DNA of 55,881 bases, filler included, from Sphacelaria rigidula (GCA_964200075.2; 5 parts of 5 records of this genome joined end to end with filler, not necessarily neighbours in it), one strand, 5' to 3'; positions 27,101-38,931 are shown, counted from the first letter of the whole stretch. The notes: generated by a model not told the origin, from the sequence alone. A program made the numbers and translations.

Positions 27101-30100
27101 GATTTACGTTGAATAGCATTTGCTGTAGACAGCACCTCTGGGCGATTCTCTTGTTAGGGACAAGATGAACGCTAGCAAAGCTGCTGTTCGTTGGTCGTGG
27201 GAAACAAAGACTTCTCGTGGATGTTGGGGGAAGCTTTTCTTTTTTTTAACCTCAAAACGTCAGGAACGTGCTGTGAACGTTTGCCGTTTTCCTTTTTTTT
27301 TATTTCATTTTTTATTCTTTATCGTTACCCTTTGATAAAACCACTTTTGTGTGTCGTGTGTGTGCGTGTGTTCCCCGACTAGTGATTGGGGTATGCCTGT
27401 GTTTGGTTCCCCATCGATGTAGTCACCCATGTACGCCACTACTGCTGTGGTGGTGAAGACCTTGTTTTTCCCTCCCCCCCCCCTCCCCCACAGACACACA
27501 CACAAATTTTTTCTCTCGTCTTATTTCTCGTTCATTTGTGCTGTTTCTTTCTTTTCGATTTTTTTTTCCTATTTTCTTTCTTGTCTTTTGTTCTTGTTCT
27601 ATTTTCAAATGATCTTCTTCTTATTTTTCTGTATATACATTTTTTCTCATGTGTGCATGTGTTTTTTTTCCTCATTATTTTTCGTCTTTTTTTATTTTTT
27701 CCTTTTATGGTGAAATCGCGATATGTGCCACGGCTGCTGTACGTTCGTATGCCACCGACAGGCTTGCGATAAGGTCATCCACGTCATGTACTTGGCCAAC
27801 GATGTCCTCTTCTCGATTCAGTTTCACCCGGCGGGCGACATTTTCCGGAAAGAGTGAGTGCAGCCGTGATTGTACAGAACTGTGGGCTGTTGCTACTTGT
27901 ACTGCTGCACCTGCTACGCGTATATATGTGACATCAGTCATAACATGGACTGCCAACGTAGATCGCTGTGAATGTTACTTATTTATTCATTCAAAATTTT
28001 AATTTTATTATTCTTATGATTCTGTATTTTTTGTTCTTTATTTTATTTTGTATTTCTGTTTCCTGAACGTTTCTCTGTTTATTTTTATTACTGCTCTCGT
28101 GTTCATTTGTTCTTGTGTTACATTGCTTCGAATATCTGCCGGTTTTTTTTTCGTTTTTTCGTCTCATCTTTCTTCCCTCTTCGGTATACCAAGCAACCTC
28201 TGCCTATGATTCTCTTACCATAATAGGTATGTTTTACTATTATCGTCTTCCCTTTTTTTCCCGTGGTAATATTAGTTTGCGTTTCTGGGATGTCGCTCAT
28301 TGCTTTTGGTGTTGCTGCTGCTGTTGTGAAGCGCACCCCAGCTCCCCTGCTTCCAAGTCTAAGCAGACATTTCTAACATCTGAAAACATCTTACCGGCCC
28401 GGCCCGGTCCGGTCCGGTCCGGTCCGGTCCGAACCGAACCGAACCGAACCAAAACTCGATGTATAAGGTGTTTGAGGCAGCTTCCTGGAGTGCTGCGGGC
28501 GGCGTGCACTCTCAACCCGGAGCTCAATGGCGGCAGTCTAGATAAGGTACAGCAGTGGCATCTTCAAAAAACACAATACATTGACCATGTATATACTTCC
28601 GTGTAACGAGTGTTTCTGTTTGTGGAACACATTTTCTCACCTGTTTTCATGACGTCTCTCCCTTGTTTTTTCTTGTGTTATCTTGCTTTGTTTTCGGGGT
28701 GTGGGGAAAGGCCGCTAAATAAGTGTTTCTATCTCATGTAGGAATAATGGTGACGGTTCTGGAAAGGCGAGCCTACGTCTGTGACCACGGGTTCGAGAGA
28801 TTGAGCTGATGTGCGAAAGCAATACATGGTGCAAAACACAATAATCATATTGAAGAGGAAATCGAAAAAAATGGGGGTATACTTATGGATTAATGAACAA
28901 AAGGGGGGTAGTGTACTTCCCTGTTCGGGTTGCGGCGCGGCACGTAGGCTGGACACCTCCAGAACACGTTCCAGTGCCTCTGCCCTACGCCCCACGTGCT
29001 TCGGCAGCATGCTCAACCTTTTCTCTATTTTACACACGGCAACAGACTTAACTATGGCACAAAGAAAAGACAGCGTTAGAGTACCCTATATTGTCAACAA
29101 ACTAGCCGGATATAACCGGCTCTCAGCAAAAAAGTTATATCGCACCCTTTGTTTGTCCACGTGCGTACCCTTTTATGTCCTTTGATGTACACGTGTATGT
29201 CCGTTTTCGCTCAATGGTGAGCTGCGGGCTCCGCGGGAGACAGCCAAATATACTCTTTGTACGTCAAAGAACATAGCAGGGTACGCGTGTAAACAAAGAA
29301 ATGATCCGATGTAACGTTTTAGCTGAGAATCGGGTATACCCGGCTGGTTTCTCGACAAAATAGGGTGGTGTAACAAGGTCTCCATCTCCGCGCCCCATAA
29401 TAGTTGAGCCTGTTGCCGTGTGTCAAAAACGAAAAAAAATGTGGGGCATGCTGCCAAAGCACGTTGAGCGTGCGGCTGAGGCGCCGGAACGTGCTTTTAA
29501 GGTGCCCAGCTCGCGTGCAGCATCGGGCCCCGAACCGGAAAGTGCGCTGCCCTTTCTTGTTCCGAAACCTGAAGCATATACCCTTTTTTGTCTTTTCCCC
29601 TAGTTGTAACCTTGGGTATGTATACTGTACGTCCACCTCGTGACCAACGACGGCTGCCTTTCGTGTTGAACCAGCTAGCTCATGTGCGGTGATCAATTAA
29701 TCAATCAAACTATCTGTCAATCAACCAACGTGTGTCGGTCCAGGTGGAACGCATCGTGCGTCTGTGGCAATCCAACGGAGTGTACACCCCCCAGGAGTGC
29801 GCTACGCTTCTCGCCGCTGCCGCTTCGGTAACGCTCAAGCACGCCACAGCCAAGGCCAAGGCGACTAAGGCTGCGAAGGGGCTGAGAGAGCGTGCCGACC
29901 GTGAAAACAGTAAGAACGGCGTCGCTGGAGGCGTCGCCGGAACGGGGAACGGGGTTGGTGTAGGCATCGGTGGCGTCATGGGTGTTGGTGCTGCGGCTGC
30001 AGGCCTGGGTGGGGTCCTCGGGGGTGTCAAGAAAGATGGGTCTGCCGCTGCTCTCGTGGCGAGCGCTTCGGGTTCAGGTGCGTGTTTATTTTTTACTCCC

Positions 30101-31904
30101 TGTGTGTGTGTGGAGGTACGTTCACGACGCGCCCTGGTGGACAAATCCTGCCATGGTTGGCCATTTTTTGCTTTTTTTTTTTTGTCAAACCCTAAGGCCA
30201 ACGCTAAGTCTGAGGCTAACCCTGATCCTAGCTCTAACCCTGACTAAATCTGACCCGGACCCTAAAACCCTGAACCCTATCTCAACTCCAACCCCACCCG
30301 GAGGCATATCGATATCCCTCGGGCAAGGGGTGGGAGGGGGGGGGGGCGTACTCATTTGTTGCTTGCCTTAGTCGTTTGACCATTGAGGGGTGGGAGGGGG
30401 TGGAGAGGATGCCCTAGGTGATGTGTGCGTTGACAGAGCTTGGAGCAACCCCCATACATCGTGGTAGGCGCCGATTTTCAGCGTAGTGCGTCCTGCGCAA
30501 ACTATGTGGGCACCTGGGACGCTATTTCGTTTGTTCGCGTCTGTGTTGTTGTTGTTGTTGTTGTTGTTGTCGTACTGGTCTACCTGATGCGTCTTCGTGG
30601 TCACAGACTAGCTACCTCAAATAAGGTGCAAAAAATAAATGAATAATTATAATGTATATATCCAATACATCATCAAAAACCCAGGTACATTGGCGGCCGA
30701 GATCTTGAAGGGGACGGAGTTGGGCGTGGCAGCCATGAGCGGGATAAACACCAACGATATTATGGATACCGCCGGGGGCACGGCTGCCGGCAGTCTTGCG
30801 GCGGCAAAGCAGGAAATGGAGGAAAATAGGAAGAAGGAAGAAGAGAGGCGCAAAGCGGAGGAGGTAGGTTTTCAGCGAGGGAAGGGGGGATATCGGGGGG
30901 GAGTGCAGTTATGATCTTGTATGCCGTAGTCATTTGATCATTGGCCTCGCACCCCTACAGAGCCGGGACGGAGCACGCCGGGTTTTCGCTGGACCAGACA
31001 GGGGGATAAGGGGGGATTTTTGTTCCTTCGTGCAACCTCCCAAGAGCGTGTCGGGCAAGGTATACCCGATACTGTAGGCTGCTGGAACGTCGTACATCTC
31101 TTGCCTGAGTCAGTCACAATGACCTGTATGGGCTTTAGAGAGGGGAGCAACAGCACTGGGCTGGCTGCTGATGCTGTGGGCTTGAGTCGGATCTCCACTT
31201 TTCAAAATACCACAATATCGGGTATACCCTATTCCGCATCCCCTTGGAGCCGTCTTCCGTCATGTAACTATTGATAAAATTAATTTCAACTATCTGATTT
31301 CGGGGTCGAGCTGGAGGAGAAGCCCCACTCTGCCAAACCTCCAAATTTCCATCACAGTTGTTACCAAATCCCTCATGTTCCTTCCTTTCCTTCCTTGGTT
31401 TCGCACTCTGGAAAATGACAAGAGATTACAGTGTCAAAAAAACGTACTGCGTACAGTATCAACTATTGGTGTATCGCACATATATAATCAGATTCCATAC
31501 TCTGCGCAGTACACTTTTTGATGATGAAATCTCTCGTCATGTTCCAGGGTGTGCTTGATTCTGTCCGCGCGTGTTTTCATGTTTACCCTGTATGCTGTTT
31601 ATTATCCCGCTGAAAAAAGGCGTTTGCACTCAAATTCCCCTCGCGAATAGTGATCATTCGATGCCAGGCGTACTTTTTTCTTCATCTGTCTGAAATGGAT
31701 TGGGGTATATATAAGCCAGTACCATGGAAGTATCCGGCATAAACCCCGCAAATTATGCTCTCCAACAATTTGTATCCCCTGCCCCGTGTTTTGCATTTTC
31801 CCACAGTTTCATGAGTTATTCTTGCCAACGTCCCATCACATTTTTTTTTTTTTTTGTGTATGCCCATCTTTGTCCCGCATTTGTCTCGTATTATCCCGCG
31901 TACC

Positions 31905-31963
<59 letters not shown>

Positions 31964-32383
31964 AGAAACACGCCGAAGAAATTCTGGAAAATTCTCTGAA
32001 GCGGGTGCAAGGCTTGGTCGATGCTGGGACGGAGGGGGGTTCTAAGGACGATGGCAAAGAGTCAGCTTTGGCACTTGCTATCCCGGCCATTCCTACCTTG
32101 GCGCCTGCCCCGGCGACCATGCCCTTGTGCCACACGCAGTTTGCTTGGAGGGGGGCGCTGTATCCCGTCATGTGAGCGTTGTTTCGTTTTTTATTTTTGT
32201 GTTTGAAACCTTCTTGAAATCATTTCCTCGCCTCTTCAACACACACGCGCGCTTTGTTTCTCCTATTGATAGAGTGAGAACTGAATTGCTGTGAGTCCCG
32301 TTCGTTGTGTGCAAGTGATCTGTTTTTCAGTTACTGTCTGTACGAGTACTGTAGAGACCTCTCGTAAATTTTCCCTGTTGTCG

Positions 32384-32424
<41 letters not shown>

Positions 32425-32432
32425 GGTGGTGG

Positions 32433-32486
<54 letters not shown>

Positions 32487-32665
32487 CATTGTTGCTGCTG
32501 TTGCTATCATTGTTGCTGTTGTTTTGTTCCATCAGGGGCAAGGGGAAGACTCAAACGCAGCAACAAAGCCAATTCCCCGTCGCGGCGGGGCTGAAGAGCA
32601 CGGCGCACGATGCGGCCAACAGCCTCGAGAAGCTCCCTGTCGGCACCATGGCCAACATTCTCAAG
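24156..32665 (+). CDS. CHERP-like CID (CTD-interacting domain) splicing/RNA-processing protein, both ends off contig
   Basis: Exons: 24156-24278, 25815-25994 (FELLLKQLTGSQDSIQASKDWVVSRL), 27762-27853 (ACDKVIHVMYLANDVLF), 28468-28546 (CLRQLPGVLRAA), 29744-30077 (VERIVRLWQSNGVY), 30685-30863, 31966-32171, 32536-32665 (EKLPVGTMANILK, cf. CHERP DLPAGLMAPLVK). All junctions are GT-AG and the phases join in frame. Confidence 0.85.
24925..25308 (-). mobile_element. tRNA-derived SINE copy
   Basis: Reverse complement of the element at 34550-34900: head CCGGTCGCCCCGGTGGCTC, body GAGCGACTATG and CGTCCAGAATAGATG. Confidence 0.75.
25345..25623. mobile_element. 279-bp MITE with GAG..CTC termini and 4-bp TSD (Sola-like)
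   Basis: TIR GAGCCATGCTACGGTAGGGGT-GCA / TGCAACCCCTACCGTAGCATGGCTC; TSD TTCC at 25341-25344 and 25624-25627. Confidence 0.85.
26335..26497 (-). mobile_element. Poly(C)-ended retroposon-like element, family B, two tandem copies
   Basis: (G)n-GTACTCATTTGTTGCTTG.CTTAGTCGTTTGACCATTGACCACGCATCC.TTTCGAGACGGA. Other copies at 11433-11505, 30341-30385, 33300-33490 (two) and 44650-44686. Confidence 0.75.
26685..26780. repeat. (GTGAT/GTGAC)n pentanucleotide repeat
   Basis: Direct inspection. Confidence 0.95.
28855..29600. repeat. ~740-bp foldback inverted repeat in a CHERP-like gene intron
   Basis: Arms ~28855-29205 and ~29240-29600 are diverged reverse complements, for example GCATGCTGCC.AAGCACGT, ACACACGGCAACAG, AGCCGG.TATA and TATGT.CTTTGA.GTACA. 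Confidence 0.8.
31905..31965. repeat. (GTT)n microsatellite abutting a splice acceptor
   Basis: About 19 GTT units ending GTTAG|exon. Confidence 0.95.
32376..32525. repeat. (GTT)n(GCT)n compound microsatellite
   Basis: Direct inspection; lies just upstream of the acceptor at 32535. Confidence 0.95.
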
Positions 32666-33490
32666 GTGAGTGAGACGTACTTTGTATCTTATTTATATTA
32701 ATATGTATATATACCTTTTTCAGTCATACTTCTGTCAAACATCCCTCACCCCCCTCCTCCCAGAAATGAGGTCGTTTGCCTCAAAGGATCAACCCATCTT
32801 CCCCCCCCCCCCCTATGAACCTTATCTGATAATTTTTTGGCGGGGGGGGAAACATGACGGTGGGGGGATGAAGAAAGGAGGACAAAAAAAAGGGCGCCGA
32901 GCGTTGAATCATGACTATCGCAGTATGAAGAACGGAAGCCAATAGAATGGGAAAAAAAAACATGTACTTCAAGTGATGATGATAGTGGTAAGTAGTAGTA
33001 GTAGTAGTAGTAGTAGTAGAAAGAGGAGGAGGAAGGGAAGGAGGAGAGAGGACCTAGTAGGGGCAGAGGTTGAATGTATGATGTGGAAAACAAAAATAGC
33101 ACAAATGGAAAAGAAAGACGCCTCATCAGCGCGAAAACCCTTGACAACAAATAGTGTCCATGTACTAAAATCAAGGTAAATCCACATGCTGCAATTGGAA
33201 AATAAAAGTGTTGAAGTTATCGAAAGTATGCATGCGGGGAAGGGATCCACAATAGTAATATCTGCAACGTTTTTGTTTCTTCCTTCCCCCCGCAAATCGT
33301 TGCTCCGTCTCGAAAGGGATGCGTGGCAAATGGTCAAACGACTAAGGCACACAACAAATGAGTACACCCCCTCCCCCCTTTCCTTTGCTCCGTCTCGAAA
33401 GGGATGCGTGGTCAATGGTCAAACGACTAAGGCAAGCAACAAATGAGTACGAACCCCCACCCCCCCCCCCCCCCCCCCCCCACCCCCCCA

Positions 33491-33590
33491 NNNNNNNNNN
33501 NNNNNNNNNNNNNNNNNNNNNNNNNNNNNNNNNNTTAATTAATTAANNNNNNNNNNNNNNNNNNNNNNNNNNNNNNNNNNNNNNNNNNNN
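33491..33590. other. Artificial contig linker
   Basis: 44 N + TTAATTAATTAA + 44 N. Confidence 0.99.
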
Positions 33591-34159
33591 CCCCCCCCCC
33601 CCCCCCCATCTGAGCATGACTCCAAGGGAGTGTCGCCGTGTGTCACAGCTACCTCGTTGTGCCGGAGGTGCGCTTAATTTTCCTCTTACAATGGGAAAGC
33701 TGCATATCTACGTCTTTGTCGCTCTCGTGTCGGGTATTTCCACCGGTAGAATGCGATGTATCGCACACGAACATCCTCGGGGGCACAAGGTGACTGAACT
33801 GGTGTCTCGATTCTGGGCTCTGGAGCACTACGTCAAGAGAAATGACGAGAAGTTCTACTCAACAAGTGTGCTAAAGACTGCCCACCGCTGACACACACCG
33901 GTCGGGGAACATCAAACGATCAAGATCCAAAACCAGTCAGGAGTACAGTAAGTGCGGGTGACGATAATTTTATGCACCAAAGGCAGTTGGACGAACCTTC
34001 CTTAGGTTTTCTCGCCCTTTTCCTTGCACATGGTATGCAGCATTCAACACGATCCAAATGCCCACGCCGCATCTAGAAGTAGAGAGCTTCCAAGAACAAT
34101 TTACATGAAACAAAACTACAATAGCATCGTCGTCACATGCGCGTTTGCGATCCGAAAAG

Positions 34160-37100
34160 GTCCACCGATGGTTCAAGAACGTAGATTGGGTAGCCTTGCG
34201 TGAGCAGCGCATTCGCCCCCCCTGGGTGCCTGCTGCGCATATGAAGCCCGGCCACACAGGCTGCTTTCTGACATGGAAAACGGAGCCTGAGATTTCAGAG
34301 AAGGAGCCTCCGTCTGAGCAAGTTCAGGGATACTCTAGGATAAAGCTTCCCGGAGGGTGTGCTCTACGTGCACCTCAGCCACAAAATGGTGAGAGATGCT
34401 GAGTACAGGGGCAGAGAGAGCAAAAAAAGGGGACGGGACATAAGTCGAGAGAATCTTGCTTCGTTGTTTTTTCAAGCGCGCCTTGAGTGAAAACGGCGAG
34501 TACACGGGAAAACCTAGGCACATTTTTTCTCACCAATACAGAATGCATTGCCGGTCGCCCCGGTGGCTCAGTTGGTAACCTCGAAACCTTCTGACGGTTG
34601 GGTCGTGGGTTTGAATCTCGGAACTATCTGGGATTATTTCTCACACAATGCCCAACAATGAAGAGCGACTATGTCGTGGGTACACAAAATTCGACTTTTA
34701 GGGTCGACGAAGGAAAGGGACTGTCGAACCCCTCTCGCGAAAAAAATAAGACAAACACCGCACAAGGAAGGCATTGTACGAAAACAAAATATAAATAAAA
34801 CCTCCTGTGTTGGTTTTCCTCCTGTGTGGCCTGCAGCTGATGCGCCCACATGTACCGAAAGGTGTAGACTGGCGTCCAGAATAGATGGGATGACGACGCA
34901 AGATGTCACGGTGGTGGTCAAAAACGCCAGACAAGGAATATATCCATTGTAGTGTGCTGTCTCCACCTCCCGTCGTCAATGCAAGATACGGATGAGTCAG
35001 ATGGATGTTATTCATTTTGCTGCTGTTAAGTTTGAGGTGTGCGCTAGCCCCCCTTTCACGCTAGTATGTCCTGCAGAGTTGGTCCATAACGGCAGACTCC
35101 ACTGCACGCCTACCATACAGTTTTCAGTGCCTTGATCTCACGCAGCATACTCCATCTTCCTGCCCGCAACTCCCACGACTCGCGGCGCGTATGTACCACG
35201 GGGTACGATCGAAGCGCCGTGGGATGATGCGATAGGTGCTGACTGCAGAAACCCCTTACTTGAATTCATCAGCTATGATTCACGCGCGAACTGCGCACCT
35301 CGTCGTGTACGTCTGTGATGCAGCGACAGGAAAACGAAAAGGAAACGGAAGCGCAAGCGACAATTTCCATCGTGTGGTGTTGGAAGCCCTGGCCAACCCG
35401 GCCACTGGGGCTCGGTGTAGCGCAATGCAAAGGCGAAGCGGTGGGGTTGGTGTTGGGGGTAGCGCAGGTGGCGGGGTAAGTGGCAGCAGAGGATCTAGGG
35501 ATTCCATTGTCATTGGAGGCACGACCAACGGTGGTAGCGGTGGAGGGGGCAACGCGAAACGGCGATTTCGATCCGCGGGTGAGGGGACAGGGACCAGTTG
35601 CTGACTACCATCTTAGCGAGAATAGGGTACCACACATGGAAGACGTTGTTGCGAACGCACGGACCAACGCGCCTGATAAACATTTTTAACGTTTTATCGA
35701 AAAAGCCCATGCATGTTCGTTAAGTAAAAACCTTCAGTGGCACTTTGCTAACTGTCTCTTGACTCCATGTGAAGGTTCAACTCTTCGAGGGTTTTGTTAG
35801 CAGTCAGGGGTTTTATACCGTTGTCACGAATCGGTGGTGGAGGTCTCGAGGCGAAAGGTGTCAGTCCATGAGCCCCCGAGCACTTTTGTGCTCATGCACG
35901 TTCGAGTAACAACGACTTGAACCGAGTTCGCGGTGCGCGCGTTTTGTAAACTGATCTCAACAAGCATAACTAAAATATGATACATGGAGCCTAGTCGACT
36001 GGAGTATGGTCTACACACCCGGAACACCCCCCCCAGCCTTATTTATAAGGCTAGACAAAAGAGCAATGCTACGATAGGGGTTGCGCTTTTTGTTTCTGGG
36101 TCTCTTTTTTGTAGTAGCCCAAATATATGGGGCTTACTGTGCAACCCGAATCTCCGGGGATCGGGCATGGAGATGAGCGCATGGGCCTCTTCGTGAATCG
36201 GCATCATTTTCAGTATTTTTCAAGCAAAAATGATGCCGATTCTCAAAATGACCCGTCTTACACCCCGAGGAACATTTTCGCTAAAAACGTGCAACCCCTA
36301 CCGTAGCACCACTCAAAAGTAACTAAGGGCTGAAAGGGTCGGAAGAAACGAAAGCCTCCGCATCATACGCCCGAAGGTAAAACGAGACAAACCCTGCATG
36401 ATATGCTTCTTGTAGCATCGGCGAACAGGCTAGTTGCTGCTATGCTTGTTGAGATCAGTTCCCAAAACGTGGTGTGAGTGTAGGATCCACAAGGCTCACT
36501 GAAGGAGTATGACCCGTTGAATACCAAGCATAACTAGGATATGACACATGGAGCCTAGTCGACTGGAGTATGGTCTACAAAGCCGGGACACCCCCTCAGC
36601 CTCATTTATAAGGTCAAACAAAGCAATAGTAACTAGGGGTTGGAACGGCCGGGAGAAACGAAAGCCTGCGCACCATGAGCCCGAAGGTTAAACGAGAAAA
36701 ATCTGCATAATTACGGTGCAGGGGAATACTCGTCACAAAGCTCATGTATTGGTAAACCCTGTTAAGCAGGGGGAAACCCCATCCTGTAGGGGAGGAAGAA
36801 ATCTCCAGCGCCCTTTCAGCCCTTAGTTATTTTGTTTGGCCTTATAAATAAGGCTGGGGGGATGTTTCGAATTCGTTGACCATACTCCAGTCGACTAGGC
36901 TCCATGTGTCATATTCTAGTTATGCTTGGTATTCGACGGGTCATACTCCTTCATTGAGTCTTTTGAACCCTACGCTCACACAACGTTTTGGGAACTGATA
37001 TCAAGAAGTATAACTAAAATATGACACATGAAGCCTAGTCGACTGGAGTATGGGCTACGAATCCGGAACATCGTCACCGGGTTTCCTCAAGTTTGATGCT

Positions 37101-38931
37101 TTCGTTAGTTTCGCGGGTTTAGTCCCGTTGCCGGGTTTCCCCAAGTTTGAGGTGTTATCCTGCCCGCTCTTGGTCAGGGCACACGCTCTCTGCGTTTTTT
37201 TCAGGGGTGGTGATTTTCTCCCGCTATGCGGGTTTTGATCCATCAAGAGTTTTCTTTTTCGCTTTCGTTTCGTGTCGTGTGCTAGTACATCGATCCGCGA
37301 GGATTACTTGAAAGGCGAGGAGGGGTGTCACGGATCGATCCGGTCCCAAAGGAGCATAGCGTCTTCCTCCAACTTCTGGGATTAGGATGTGTCGTGTTCC
37401 AGTTTCAAGCATCAGATGACGGCAAGCCCACGGCATCACTTCTTTCTCCAGACTTCGCTTCAAAACAGCCGATCATCGAAATTGAGGATGGAGCTTCTCA
37501 TTGAGGATAATAACCCGGAAAACTAAGATCTTTGCACCCACACCCATTTTTCGAGATATGGTTCCATTCTTTCATCTGCTGGTAGCTACTTACAAATACT
37601 ACACGCCATGAAAAATTGAATTCCGATTACCGAAATTTGGGGATTCTAGGTGGGAAAAAAAATGTTGAGGATTTAGGTGATCCGATTTCGGTCATCGGAA
37701 TCTATTTTTTTTTGGCGTGTAGTAGTTCTCAATAGCCACCAGCAGATGAATAAATGGGACCATAGTTCGAAGAATCGGCGCGGATGCGAAGATTTTAATT
37801 TTTCGGGATGTTATCCTCAATGAAAAGCTCCATCCTCAATTCCGATTATCGAATGTTTCCGGTGTAGACCTCAGGCACAAGCACCATCAATCAAAACAAG
37901 ACATGGCGACTCTGCAATGTCGGGACTTGTGTCATTCTGCTACTACTTGTACTACCTCATCACTGAGCACCAGCTGACCATAGTTCTAGTGAGCTTCTCG
38001 GGTGAAGGGTCTGCTTTGCATACGTCAAACACCTCACAGGCACTGTGTGGTACGCAGTTCATCACGCATTGAACCAGGTACCTGTGCACCTGGACACCCA
38101 CCACCTAGAAGCCTTGGCAGTACCCAATTTCAGCATCTTCGCCTTCCAGACCCGTTACAAAAACATAAAGACCGGTGGATATCATGTAGCATGAAAGTCG
38201 CGATTTTACGTTTGCACGCCGTCGAGCAGAGACGAACAGTGCATTCGGACAGCACTTCCACACAAGCCGCAGTCGCCCGTGACGGTTCCTCTCCTCATAC
38301 AAGCGACGATGCTCACGGTAGACCTCCGCGTTGACAGTTACGCATTTTCATGCCGCACTAAAGTCTTCCATGGATTCAACTAACCACATATACAGGTTGC
38401 AGGGTTGTGGCAGGCGCACATAACTTGGATGGACAGTCGGGGCGGCACCAAAAGGAGAGGAAGTCATCGTCAACGATGGGAGGTGGTGCTGGGCACACCA
38501 ATAATATTACAACCGCCGCGGTTAGTCCAAGGAGTCGCGGAGTTTCAGCGACGTCAGGAGGAGGGGGGTCACAGGCGGCGTCCAAGTTGCAGAGAGGTAG
38601 CTCGCCTCGAAGGCAGCGACAAAAAGGTAAAGGTACACATACAGATGAAAAGACGATCGACGCGACACGATCACCCGAAGTCCTTACTGTTGAACGAAGA
38701 GATGGGCAATCAATTGTTGAACGAGAAAATACCTGGCAATTCGTTGTGCAGTCTTTCAAGCCAAAGGGGAGGCTGATCTTTCAATTCAATCATTTTTCAA
38801 AATCTGATGTGCTGATCTTCACCGCACAACGCGTATCAATGGAGACGCTGTTCAAAATGCCACGCACATATACAACGCAGACGACGGTAAAATCGCCCTT
38901 GGGCATCAGACACGAAGTGAAGTGGTACTGA
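34160..38931 (+). CDS. 3' exons of an AGC-family (PKA/PKG-like) Ser/Thr kinase with a long low-complexity tail
   Basis: Exon 34160-34388 reads VHRWFKNVDWVALREQRIRPPWVP (end of kinase domain and AGC C-tail). It joins in phase 1 to 35324-35578 and then to 38396 onward. The 3' end is uncertain: either a donor near 38626/38632 or the stop at 38931. Confidence 0.7.
34550..34900 (+). mobile_element. tRNA-derived SINE
   Basis: Head GCCCCGGTGGCTCAGTTGGT (A box) ... GGTCGTGGGTTTGAATCTC (B-box-like), followed by a non-tRNA body shared with 24925-25308. Another head at 22252-22294 is cut by the contig end. Confidence 0.78.
35940..37075. repeat. Complex of direct and inverted partial copies of one unit
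   Basis: Core CATG(G/A)AGCCTAGTCGACTGGAGTATGG at ~35982 (+), ~36548 (+), ~36878 (-) and ~37028 (+), with extended flanking homology. Confidence 0.85.
36061..36314. mobile_element. Second copy of the Sola-like MITE
   Basis: GAGCAATGCTACGATAGGGGTTGC ... TGCAACCCCTACCGTAGCACCACTC, with TSD AAAA. The empty site is visible in the paralogous unit at ~36820-36850. Confidence 0.82.
37463..37858. repeat. ~395-bp foldback inverted repeat
   Basis: Arm 37463-37637 (AATTGAGGATGGAGCTT.TCATTGAGGATAA...TTCATCTGCTGGT...TACTACACGCCA) is mirrored at 37685-37858. Confidence 0.85.

Noticed and set aside
32263-32541. Poly-Leu or poly-Asn/Ser ORFs
   Set aside because: Translations of intronic microsatellites.
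34558-34625. tRNA gene
   Set aside because: No proper acceptor or anticodon stems and a mutated T-loop. It is attached to a repeated body, so it is treated as a SINE head.
36325-36360. Hammerhead ribozyme core (CTGAAAG...CGAAA)
   Set aside because: It does not match CUGANGA, and the stems could not be drawn convincingly.
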